DNA of 64,000 nucleotides from Kofleriaceae bacterium (GTDB lineage Bacteria; Myxococcota_A; Polyangia; Haliangiales; Haliangiaceae). Position numbers and translations under genes: made by a program. Positions 47,803 through 57,375 of the stretch are shown piece after piece. The notes under the pieces are model-generated. The model was given only the letters and a program-made list of their open reading frames with translations, ran no database searches and was not told the origin of the DNA. Location of the stretch: NCBI GenBank assembly GCA_965215005.1, contig CBDCCZ010000054.1, positions 256,001 to 320,000 of the forward strand, written 5' to 3'. Every line of letters starts with the position of its first letter. Position 1 is the stretch's first letter.

Positions 47803-49709
47803 GAGCCGTGATGCTCGCGCTGGTGATGCTCGTTGCCTGCCGCGGCGAGCAATCGAAGCAGCAGCGCGCTGACGACGAGCCCAGCAAGCGACTCAAACCG
47901 CCGACACCGCCGCCGGCCCCGCCGCCCGCCGCCCCCGTCAAACCCCGCGCATCCGCCGGTGAAGCCATCGAATACACGCTGCGCTTCGACGATGCACCCA
48001 CTCACTACGCGGACGTGACTGCCGTGGTGCCCTCGCCCGGCGACACCGTCGAGCTGATGATGCCGGTTTGGACGCCGGGTTCTTACAAGGTTCGCGACTA
48101 CAGCCGCAACGTGAGCAGCTTGACTGCAGCAACCGCCGCGGGGGAGCCGCTAAAGGTCGATAAAACCCGCAAGAACCGCTGGAAGGTGCAGACCGGCGGC
48201 GCCGACCACGTCGTGCTTCGCTACCGCACCTATGGCAACGAGATCAGCGTCCGCACCAACTTCATCGCTGCAGAGATGGCGGTGCTAAACGGTGCGGCCA
48301 CGTTTTTGACCCTGGCCGAAGGGCACGAGCGTCCGCACGACGTACTGATCGAGCCTCGCGCCGGGTGGGAAGCGGTGGTGACGTCACTGCCGCCGCATCC
48401 CGCGGGTGGCGAGCATCGCTTCTTGGCACCGGACTACGACACGCTCGTCGATTCACCCATCGTCGCCGGCTCCCCCACGATAACGGAATTCGTCGTCGCC
48501 AAGATTCCCCACGTGTTAGCGACCTTTGGTCCTCTTCAGCTTTGGGACCAACAGCAAGCAGCTAGCGATCTCGCCAAGGTCACCGCAGAGCACATCGACT
48601 TTTGGAGAGTAACGCCGCATGAGCGTTACTGGTTTCTAAATACTCTAATTGGCAAGTTCAACGGCCTCGAGCATAAGCGCTCGACTCTGCTCAATGCGCC
48701 GCCACTGGTGATGGGCACGCGTAAGGAGTATCTAGATTGGTTGGCGCTTGCGAGCCATGAATACTTCCACACATGGAACATCAAGCGGCTGCGACCCGCT
48801 GGACTCGGTCCATTCGACTATGAGAATGAGGTGTATGTCCGCAGTTTGTGGATCGTGGAGGGCATCACGGCTTACTACGATGAGCTACTGCTGGCACGAG
48901 CCGGCCTGCTTTCCGAAGCCGAATATCTCGAGCGGTTGGGGAAACACGTGAAAGAGCTGCAAAAGGCGCCCGGCCGCCTTACCCAGTCGCTCAGCGAAGC
49001 GTCCTACGATGCGTGGATCAAGTACTACCAGAAGGACGAAAACTTCGTGAACACCGGCATCAGCTACTACACCAAAGGCTCATTGGTGGCGCTGTTGCTC
49101 GATGTAGAGATTCGCCGTGCAAGCAGCGGTGCGCGGAGCCTCGATGATGTGATGCGGGCGGCGTACGAGCGATTCTCCGGTGAGAGTGGCTATACGCCTG
49201 CGGAGTTTCGCGCGCTCGCCAGCGAAGTGGCTGGCACCGAGCTCGAGGGCTTTTTTGCTCAGGCTGTCGATGGAACCAGCGAGCTCGACTACGCCCCCGC
49301 GCTGGAATGGCTGGGGCTGCGTTTTGCGCCGGCGAGCGAGGAGGATCCGGAGGCCGAGCCAGCTGGCTGGCTAGGCGCCAAGGTCAAGAGCAGTGCCCTG
49401 CAGTGGATCGTTGAGGAGGTGCCGCAGGGGACACCAGCCTACGCTGCAGGCGTAAGTGCAGGAGATGAGATCATCGCCATTGATGGCCTTCGGGTCCCCG
49501 CGGAAAGCAGGGACTCGGAGGGAACCGCGCTGGACGAGCGTCTCGAGCGATATCGGCCGGGCGCTGAGATCGAGCTACTCGTGGCCCGCCGCGGCGTGAT
49601 CACCCGGCTGGCGGTGACCTTGGGCTCGACGCCAGAGGAGGAGTTCGTTCTCGAGGCCGACCCCAAAGCCTCGGCTGCAGCCGTGAAGCGCCGGCGCGAC
49701 TGGCTGTGA
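47799..49709 (+). CDS. M61 glycyl aminopeptidase with PDZ domain, lipoprotein
   Basis: LVAC lipobox, PVWTPGSY, GLEH, HEYFHTWNIKR, EGITAYY, SYYTKG, C-terminal PDZ. Confidence 0.93.
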   Translation: MRAVMLALVMLVACRGEQSKQQRADDEPSKRLKPPTPPPAPPPAAPVKPRASAGEAIEYTLRFDDAPTHYADVTAVVPSPGDTVELMMPVWTPGSYKVRDYSRNVSSLTAATAAGEPLKVDKTRKNRWKVQTGGADHVVLRYRTYGNEISVRTNFIAAEMAVLNGAATFLTLAEGHERPHDVLIEPRAGWEAVVTSLPPHPAGGEHRFLAPDYDTLVDSPIVAGSPTITEFVVAKIPHVLATFGPLQLWDQQQAASDLAKVTAEHIDFWRVTPHERYWFLNTLIGKFNGLEHKRSTLLNAPPLVMGTRKEYLDWLALASHEYFHTWNIKRLRPAGLGPFDYENEVYVRSLWIVEGITAYYDELLLARAGLLSEAEYLERLGKHVKELQKAPGRLTQSLSEASYDAWIKYYQKDENFVNTGISYYTKGSLVALLLDVEIRRASSGARSLDDVMRAAYERFSGESGYTPAEFRALASEVAGTELEGFFAQAVDGTSELDYAPALEWLGLRFAPASEEDPEAEPAGWLGAKVKSSALQWIVEEVPQGTPAYAAGVSAGDEIIAIDGLRVPAESRDSEGTALDERLERYRPGAEIELLVARRGVITRLAVTLGSTPEEEFVLEADPKASAAAVKRRRDWL

Positions 49710-49721
49710 AGCCAACGCCAG

Positions 49722-51188
49722 CTACCGCAGCGCCTCCCGTACGGTGGCCTCGGCTTCGACCGCGGTGAGCACGCGCTCGATGTCTTCGGCTGCGACGCCG
49801 CGGGTGATGAAGACGATGCGGCTGCGGTGGTCGTCCGAGGGCCAGCGTTCCAGCCAACGAACGGGATGAAAGATATGCTGAACGCCATGGATCACGGCGG
49901 GGGTCGCGGGCCGCTCGGCCACGCATATGATGCCTTTGACGCGAAGCAGCCGATCGCCATATTGCGCCACCAGTGCATCGAAGAGCTCAGTGAGCGCCGC
50001 GCCGCGTAGCGGGCCACGAGTTACGCAGTAGGCGTGAATGGCCGGATCGTGCGCACTCTCGCGAGAGTGATCGTGGGCGTGCTCGGATTCGGCAACGATG
50101 CGGTGGCGAGCGCGGTGATACGGGTCGGATGAGCCCTGCTCCGGTGGCGCGGCGAGCCACGCTTCGAGCTCTTCTGGTCGCGCGCGACGATCGAACCCGC
50201 CAGCGCCAAACAAGCTCGTGGCACTGACGTCGCCGGCGGAGCCTAGCAGCGTGGCGCCAGGGTTGATCGCGCGGAGCTGCTCAACGAGCGGGGCCAGGTC
50301 GTCCGGCGCGACTAGGTCGGTCTTGCTCAGAAGGAGCCGGTCGGCCACCGCGACCTGCTTGCGCGCCTCGGGATGGGCGGCCAGCGTGGCCGTGCCGCAG
50401 ACGCTATCGACCACCGTCACCACGCCGTCGAGACGACAGCGCTGCAGCGCCGCGGGTGAGGCCATCAACGCGTGCAGAATTGGCGCTGGATCTGCCATGC
50501 CGGTGGTTTCCACCAACACGCGCTCGATGGGCGGGATGCGACCCGTCGCCGCGCGCATCATCAGCACCTGCAGAGTCTCGAGGAGATCACCGCGAACGGT
50601 ACAGCACACACAGCCACTCGAGAGCGCCATCATTCGCTCGTCTACTCGTTCTACGAGTAAGTGATCAATAGAGATCTCGCCAAGCTCGTTGATGATGACC
50701 GCGGTTTTTGCCATGGCAGGATCGGCGAGAAGTCGGTTGAGCAGTGTCGTTTTGCCGCTGCCCAAAAATCCTGTGATCACCGCAACGGGAATGCTCTTCG
50801 TGGCTGCTCGCGCGCGCGCGGATGCCACGGCGCTCACGCCATGCAAGCTAGCTATCGCTAGCCCCGCTAGCATGGCTAGGAGGCCGAGCATCCAGCCGCT
50901 GGTTCGCGTTGCGACCGCCAACGCTGCTGCGCTCGCAATCGTGAGCGCGAGCACTAGCAGCGTGCTGCGGTGGCGCATCCAGCCAATGACTGCGCTCGCC
51001 AGCGCAAAGCCGGCAGTCGCGCTTGCGAGCATGAGCGGCCCTCGCGCTGCTATCGAAAGCGCCGCCAAGACTGCGGTGCCGGCACCGTAGCCGAGCGCGA
51101 CCCAGGCACCGGCGCGGTCGATCCAGACGTTGCCGTCGCGCCACGAGCGCAACCGTTGGAAAATCGCATTGCTGCTGCGCGCCACCAT
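49722..51188 (-). CDS. COG0523/CobW-family metallochaperone GTPase with fused N-terminal membrane domain
   Basis: ITGFLGSGKTT, NELG, GCVCC, ETTGMADP, SKTD, His-rich stretch, RVKG; ~120 aa hydrophobic N-terminus; TGATG coupling to the sulfatase. Confidence 0.88.
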   Translation of the reverse strand: MVARSSNAIFQRLRSWRDGNVWIDRAGAWVALGYGAGTAVLAALSIAARGPLMLASATAGFALASAVIGWMRHRSTLLVLALTIASAAALAVATRTSGWMLGLLAMLAGLAIASLHGVSAVASARARAATKSIPVAVITGFLGSGKTTLLNRLLADPAMAKTAVIINELGEISIDHLLVERVDERMMALSSGCVCCTVRGDLLETLQVLMMRAATGRIPPIERVLVETTGMADPAPILHALMASPAALQRCRLDGVVTVVDSVCGTATLAAHPEARKQVAVADRLLLSKTDLVAPDDLAPLVEQLRAINPGATLLGSAGDVSATSLFGAGGFDRRARPEELEAWLAAPPEQGSSDPYHRARHRIVAESEHAHDHSRESAHDPAIHAYCVTRGPLRGAALTELFDALVAQYGDRLLRVKGIICVAERPATPAVIHGVQHIFHPVRWLERWPSDDHRSRIVFITRGVAAEDIERVLTAVEAEATVREALR

Positions 51189-52680
51189 CAGCACTCTGCC
51201 GGATGCCGAGCGGCCAGCTCTTCGGCCGCCTCGTGTCGCTCTGTGGCCCGCAGCCGCTCGAGGTAGGCTGCGAGCTTGCCGCGTACGTGGGTGGGGCCGC
51301 CTTCTTCGATGACCCGCCACATCGGGTCAGTTGGGTGATGCGCAGAACGCATCATCTCTGCAGTCCACTGCTCCAACTGCCCCATGGCCTTGGCTACCAG
51401 CTCAGGCCTTGCAGTGGCGACATCTTGCTCCTCGTGTGGGTCACGAGCGAGGTCAAACAGCATGTAATCGTTCCAGAGATGATATCCGTCGTGATACGTG
51501 CGCAGGCACAGCCAATCACCTTCGTCGTCGCGGAACCGCACTCCGCGCTGGCAGCTCCACGCTCCCTGTGACAGCACCAAAAACTCCCTGCCAGCACCGG
51601 TCTTGCCGGCACGAAAGTCCGCTTCGAATCCCGCGCCATCCCAGTTGGAAAATGGTCCGGTGCCGACCAGCTCGGCGACGAGCGCGGCGAGGTCTACCTG
51701 ATACCGCAGCGCAGTGTCGACTCGCCCCGCCTGCGACTCTGTGATCCCTGGCCAACGAACGATGAAAGGCACCCGACACGTGTACTCATCGGCACTTTGA
51801 TGATCGCCGTAGACGCCGAGCTCGCCGAGGTTCTCGCCGTGGTCGGCGCTTAGGAGGATGGCGCAGTCGTCGGCCACGCCTGCACCGGCGAGCTCGCTAA
51901 GCAGCCTTCCCCACCCAATCATCGGCGTAGCGAATCCCGGTGTCGTAGCCATCGAACAGCGCGCGGGCGGCGGCCATTGAATCGATTTGCAGCGGCTGCC
52001 GCGGATAGGCTGGCCGATACAGCGTGGGATCGACCTCAAAGCCGCAGACCTCACGCGCCGAGTGCGGGGCCCGCCGAGCACCAGTGACGTTCGCGCACCG
52101 CTTCGGTGTACCAAGCTGGCAGTGGATCGCTGGCGAAGGGCTCGCCGTACTCCCGTGGAGTTCGATAGGGCGTGTGAGGATCCCACAAGTTGACGTGAAG
52201 AAACCAATCGTCGCGCTGTGCGTTGCGCTGGAGCCAATCAAGCGCAATCGCTCCGATCTCATCACCGAGCTCGAGACCGCGCCGGCCGGGATTGTGAAGC
52301 TCTGCAAAGTTCGCGGCGAAGTGATGCGCGCCGTGGCGATCGGCAAACGGGCTGATCGATGCTGTATGCAGTCCAGCGTCGCGAAGGCAACGCATCCAGC
52401 TGGTGCGCCCCAGGATGCTGTTGAATCCGCGACTGGCGCCTTCGGGAAAGAGCTCAGCGGCGGCGCCACCATGGCCAATCACGCCGGTGTGAATTCCAAA
52501 GCGACCGCTGAACAACGCGGTTCGGCTCGGCAGGCAAGGCGCGTCGGATGCGTAAACGCCGGTAAAGCGCACGCCTTGCGCGGCGATCGCATCGATGTGG
52601 GGGCTGGTAGCGCGATGATAGCCGTAGCAACCGAGATGATCAGGGCGGAGGCAGTCGATGTCGATGTAGAGGATGCGCAT
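51188..52680 (-). CDS. Sulfatase (two frameshifts, near 52066-52069 and 51909-51912)
   Basis: [19 protein letters not shown] (formylglycine motif), [22 protein letters not shown]; three ORF pieces join if one base is removed at each site. Confidence 0.88.
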
Positions 52681-52913
52681 CGCTGCTGCTACCCTACTTC
52701 ATCACCTCACTGCCGGCGTGACTCATCGCTCGGAGTTCCAACTCGCTTTCGTGCGACGCGAGTGTCACTATGGATGTCTTCGCCGCTCCATCGATACAAC
52801 ACTGCGCGATCGCGACGTGGATCTCCCAAGCCACATTCTCCTGCCCCGGTGTCTCAGCGCGCTGCCGCGGGTCTGGATGCTGCTGAGTTGCAGCGCGGTG
52901 GGGCGTGGCTCGC

Positions 52914-53960
52914 ATGAATGAGGAGTGCGATGAGCGCGTGTATTTGCCGGTCCTCGACCAGCGCTGGGAGCCGCTGGCGTACTTGCCCGCGGCGGCGGCG
53001 CGCGCTGATCCCGGAAGCCCGAGGAGGTCGCGTGGTCGCGAGAAGCGCTGGCCGATTGCGAGCGCTGCGTGATGCTTCCCGATCACAGCGGCGCCGAGCC
53101 GGATGCGCCGTGGTCGTTTCGCGAGGAAACCCGCTGCTGCACGTTCGAGCCCATCGTGCCAACTTCTTGGTGGGGCGTGCGCTTCGCCCGCGGCGGGGTT
53201 AGCGCCGAGAAGGTTCGCGCGCGGCTGCAGGGCGAGGGCGTGACGGCGCTGGGTATTTCGCCCTCGCCCGCCTTTCGCGCTCGCTACGAAGCCCGCCGCG
53301 CGCTCGGCTTTGGTCGCGACGTGAGCTTGCGCTGTCCGTACTTCGTTGGCGGTGAGCACGCGTGCGGCATCTGGAACGACCGCAGCTCCACGTGTCGCAC
53401 TTGGTTTTGTAAGCACGAGGAGGGCGTGGCCGGGGCCATGCGGTGGTGGCATCTCGATGAGGCCACGACGATGCTCGAGCGAGAGCTCGCGTTGTTCTGC
53501 CTGCGCAAAGCGCGCGCGCCGCGAGCCGGCGCCAGCACCGATGAGCTCATCACGTGGTTCATCGCTTGCGCCGCCCGCATCGATGCCTTCGACGCCGCCG
53601 CCGACGTCGCATCGATCAATCTGCGCCCGCTCTTGCAACCGCGCGCAGCGCTCGCGCGGCAAGCGCTGCAGCCCTCGCCTTCGACCCTGCCGCTGCCCAA
53701 CGCCATTGAGCCGAGCGTGAGCGAGGTGTTCGAGGAAGGCGACGAAGTTCGTGTGGTCGGCTACTCGACTTACGACTCGGTGGTAGCCCCTCGCGCGATT
53801 TTTTGCGTTTCTCGGCCGTCTCGATGGCGTTCGCGACTGGCGTCAGACACTACGCGAGGTGGCCGCGCAACACGGCGAAGATCTCAGTGAAATCCTCGTG
53901 CGTGAGCTTGTACGTATCGGCGCCATCTCGGTTGCGGCCAGCGATGCTGAGCCAGATTCG
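52914..53960 (+). CDS. Cys-rich hypothetical protein (YkgJ/CxxCxxCC-like metal-binding), multiple frameshifts; ends uncertain
   Basis: ADCERCVM, TRCCTFEP, LRCPYF, ACGIWNDRSSTCRTWFC spread across shifted frames. Confidence 0.55.
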
Positions 53961-54037
53961 GGAACTGATCACCCTGCACCGGGGGACTCCAATCGGGGAG
54001 GAACGTAGTAAGGTCCGCCCGCCACGGAGGCACCTAC

Positions 54038-54589
54038 ATGTACGAACGCCGTCGCTTCTTCGCTGTACTCGTGGACTGTGTCGTCACTGCTGATCGCGTC
54101 TACCGCATGGGCCCACGCGGGTGAGAGCCACACCGGGCCGAGTTTTTGGCAGGCGCTGGGCGCATCCGTTCACCGGCCCCGACCATCTGTTTGCAATGCT
54201 CGTGGTCGGGCTCATGGCATCGCGCTTTCGCGGTGCGCCACGCTTCGAGATCATCGTGAGTTTCTTCGCGCTGTTCGCTGGCGGCGGGTTGCTAGGCAGC
54301 CTCGCCGAAGCTCCATCTTCGCTCGTAGAGGTCGTAGTCCTGGCCTCGGTAGCGGCGCTCTCGCTGCTGCTCGCCACCGCGCGTCGGTTTGGTCCCCACG
54401 CTCGTGTCCTTCTTCGCGGGAATCTTCGCCCTCGCTCACGGTTTCGTGCACGGCGTCGAGATGGTGCCCGCCACCGCCCCAGCCGTCATGCTCGGAATGA
54501 CGGTTGGAACGGCCTTTTTGATCGCCGCCGGGCTCATCTGCGGCGTGCTCATCGGCCGCACCTCGCGCCGCTGGGTCACCGTCATCTGA
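54038..54589 (+). CDS. HupE/UreJ family Ni/Co transporter (three frameshifts)
   Basis: GGAGG RBS; signal peptide AWAH; HPFTGPDHLFAM; FALAHGFVHGVEM. Confidence 0.8.
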
Positions 54590-54603
54590 CACTGGATGGA
54601 ACG

Positions 54604-56123
54604 TTAGACCGCAGGCCGAAGGACTCGCGACGTGCTGCCATTCTTGAGTCGTTCGGTCTCGAGGCTGACGTCGCCGGGGTGGCGCTGATGCCACTCCTCG
54701 ATCAGCTCGATGCACGCGTGATCGATGTACGACACGTTATCGAGGTGAAAAATGCACTTCCGAGTCATCAGGAATCGCTTCTAGCACCTCAGCCAGCTTC
54801 GGCAGGCTGATAAACGTGGCGGCGCCGTGCAGCGTTAAATCGTAGCGCTTGCCGTCGTTCTCGACGTTGACCTTGAGCTTTGCAAGTGCGAAGAGCAAGC
54901 GCGCGACCGCCAGGGCCAAACCAGTAGCCACGCCAATGAGTAGGTCTGTCGCTACGATCATTGCGACAGTGACCGCCCAAATTGCCAGCTCGACGCGCCC
55001 CTTGCTGGCCAGACGTCGCACCGCCGGAAAACCCAGTAGCTTCCAGCCGGTGTAGACCAAGATGGCCGCCAAGCTCGACGTGGGGATGAGCGAAAGCACC
55101 TGCGGCAGGACGGCGACCAACAGCAGGATCCACGCGCCGTGAAAAATCGCCCGACCACTTGGTCTTGGCGCCTGCCTCGATATTGGCCGAGCTGCGCACG
55201 ATTACGCCGGTCATGGGCAACGCGCCAACGACGCCGCAGAGCATGTTGCCGATGCCTTGCGCGCGCAGCTCCTTGTTGTATTTGGTGCGCTCGCCGTCGT
55301 GCATGCGGTCGGTCGCGGTGGCGCAGAGAAGAGTTTCTGCACTGGCGATCAGCGCGAGCCCAACAGCGCTGGCCCAAAACGCCGGAACGCTCAGGAGCGA
55401 AAGGTTCTCTGCGGAGGTCCAGTTCAGCACCGATAAGAGGTCACTTGGCACCTCGACGCGGGCGATCGGCAGGGCCAGCAGCCCGGCACCCGCGGTTGCA
55501 GCCACCACTCCAATCAGCGGGCCCGGCAGCATTCGCAATTGCCGGGGGCGGAAGCGATTCCACAATACGATGATGAGAATCGTCGAGACTCCCACCGCGG
55601 CGGCGAGATGATGCACGGTATCGGGCCCGGCGAATAGACCCAGATACACCGACTCAGGAATCGAGAGCAGGTTGTCCACCGCAGAGCTTCGCGGCGCGTC
55701 ATCAACCATCATGTGGAACTGACTGGCGATGATCAGCACGCCGATACCGCTGAGCATGCCTTGAATGACCGCGGGCGAGACGGCGCGGAACCAGCGGCCG
55801 AGACCGGCGGCGCCTGCTGCGAGCTGGACGACGCCGCAGATCAGCACGGCAAGCCCGAGCGCTGCCAGGCCGAAGTCTTGAATGAGCTCCCACACCATGA
55901 CCGCCAGACCGGCCGCTGGACCACTCACTTGCAGCGGTTGACCGGCGATGAACCCGACGACGAGCCCGCCGATGATTCCAGTTACCAGGCCGAGTGCCGG
56001 TGGTGCTCCAGAAGCGAGCGCGATCCCCATGCAGAGCGGCAGGGCCACCAGGAACACCACGAACGAGGCCATGAGGTCCTGCCCCCAGAAGGACCTCTTC
56101 GAAGGCGACTGCTCAATGCTCAC
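54604..56123 (-). CDS. SulP/SLC26 anion (bicarbonate) transporter with STAS-like tail (two frameshifts, near 55142-55152 and 54748-54752)
   Basis: FLVALPLCMGIALASG, VSGPAAGL, ASAETLL, LPMTGVIVRSSAN; reconstructed tail HLDNVSYIDHAC ending at TAA 54604. Confidence 0.9.
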
Positions 56124-56806
56124 GATGCTCGCTTCCCGTCTGCTGACGCAGCACGCAAGCGCAGATCCTGGCCAACCGGATGCATGGTTTCGGCGAGCTC
56201 GACGAAGGCCTTTTGCGACGGGTCGTAGCTGGTGATAGCGCCGCTGCCAATGTCGTAGACCCAGCCGTGGAGGGTGATCGCGTTCCTCGCTAGCGCCGCG
56301 GCGACCGCCGGATGGCCACGGAGGCTGTCGAGTTGCCGGAGCACGTTGACCTCGACGGTTCGCGCGAGTCGATCAGCGCTGCCGAGCCCCTCGCTGTCCA
56401 TGCTGTCTACCACTGCCCGAGCCGGGCGAGCGAGGTCGAGCCAGCGCGCCACAGAGGGCATGGAGGCCGCGGAGCTCGGGTCCAGGAGTGCCTTCATCGC
56501 GCCACAGCCCGAGTGACCACAAACGATGACGTTGGTGACCCCCAACCCGGAGATCGCGTACTCAATCGTCGCTTGTTCTCCGCCCGGAGCCATCGCGTAA
56601 GGGGGCACCAGATTGCCCGCGTTGCGGATGACGAAGAGCTGTCCTGGCTCGGAATCGGTGATCAGGTGCGGGACGACTCGCGAATCTGAGCACGTAATGA
56701 ACAGGATGCGTGGCTCTTGCCCGCCTTCCAGTTTCTTGAACAGGTCTTTGCGCTGGGGGAATCCGTCTCTCTGGAAACGAGCGACGCCGCGAACGATCTC
56801 ATCCAT
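56120..56806 (-). CDS. Beta-class carbonic anhydrase
   Basis: ITCSDSR, RNAGN, CGHSGCGAM, GWVYDI; 4-nt overlap with SulP. Confidence 0.95.
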   Translation of the reverse strand: MDEIVRGVARFQRDGFPQRKDLFKKLEGGQEPRILFITCSDSRVVPHLITDSEPGQLFVIRNAGNLVPPYAMAPGGEQATIEYAISGLGVTNVIVCGHSGCGAMKALLDPSSAASMPSVARWLDLARPARAVVDSMDSEGLGSADRLARTVEVNVLRQLDSLRGHPAVAAALARNAITLHGWVYDIGSGAITSYDPSQKAFVELAETMHPVGQDLRLRAASADGKRAS

Positions 56807-56929
56807 CGTGGAGCTCCATCAACAAGTTAGCGGCGAGTCTAGAAGCCTCCGGTGTCGCCGGCAAGCCTGCACGCACAGACTGCTACTTTTCCACGTTCGC
56901 AGAGCCCGGGCCTCAGTAGAACGCTCGTT

Positions 56930-56977
56930 GAGCTGCTGCTGCTGCTGCTGCTGCGCAGGTAGCAGCAGCAGCAGCTC
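56930..56977. repeat. (GCT)7 / (AGC)5 inverted trinucleotide repeat
   Basis: GAGCTGCTGCTGCTGCT (56930-56946) is the exact reverse complement of AGCAGCAGCAGCAGCTC (56961-56977). Confidence 0.85.
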
Positions 56978-57375
56978 CGAAATTTAGCTAGCGACAGCGG
57001 ATGACGGAGTGACGGCTGGGTGAACGAGGTTGTCTGTTGAATGCCGTAGGACGGCGCTCTGCGAGAGAGTCGATTGGCGAGGTCGCAAGTGAGTCTTCTA
57101 ATTTCCATTGTCGATTGGGGCAGCTCGGTGCGTGTCCGGCTTCTGCAGAAGGGCAGGGAGTCACGACGGCTTCGAGACCTGTGATCGCTGGGGGATTCCG
57201 CAGCCTCCAGGCCGGCTGCTCGATAGCGGATACGCTGCGCAGGCGCGGGTGTGCGGCTCGTGATCCCGGTGCGGCTTGCCGTACGCTGCACCGCACTGCC
57301 CCGCCTCGCGAAGCAGCCTCAGCAAGGTCTCGGAATCGCGATTGATTCGGTTGCCTGCACGCGATAGAACGCTGC

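Noticed and set aside
53940..54035. Cobalamin riboswitch upstream of hupE/ureJ
   Set aside because: Only a GGGAA fragment is present; the B12-box and the GCCCCCGCAACTGT-like core were not found.
51188..56123. Pseudogene island or programmed frameshifting
   Set aside because: Uniform +1 insertions, intact catalytic motifs and no consistent slippery-site signals make sequence error more likely.
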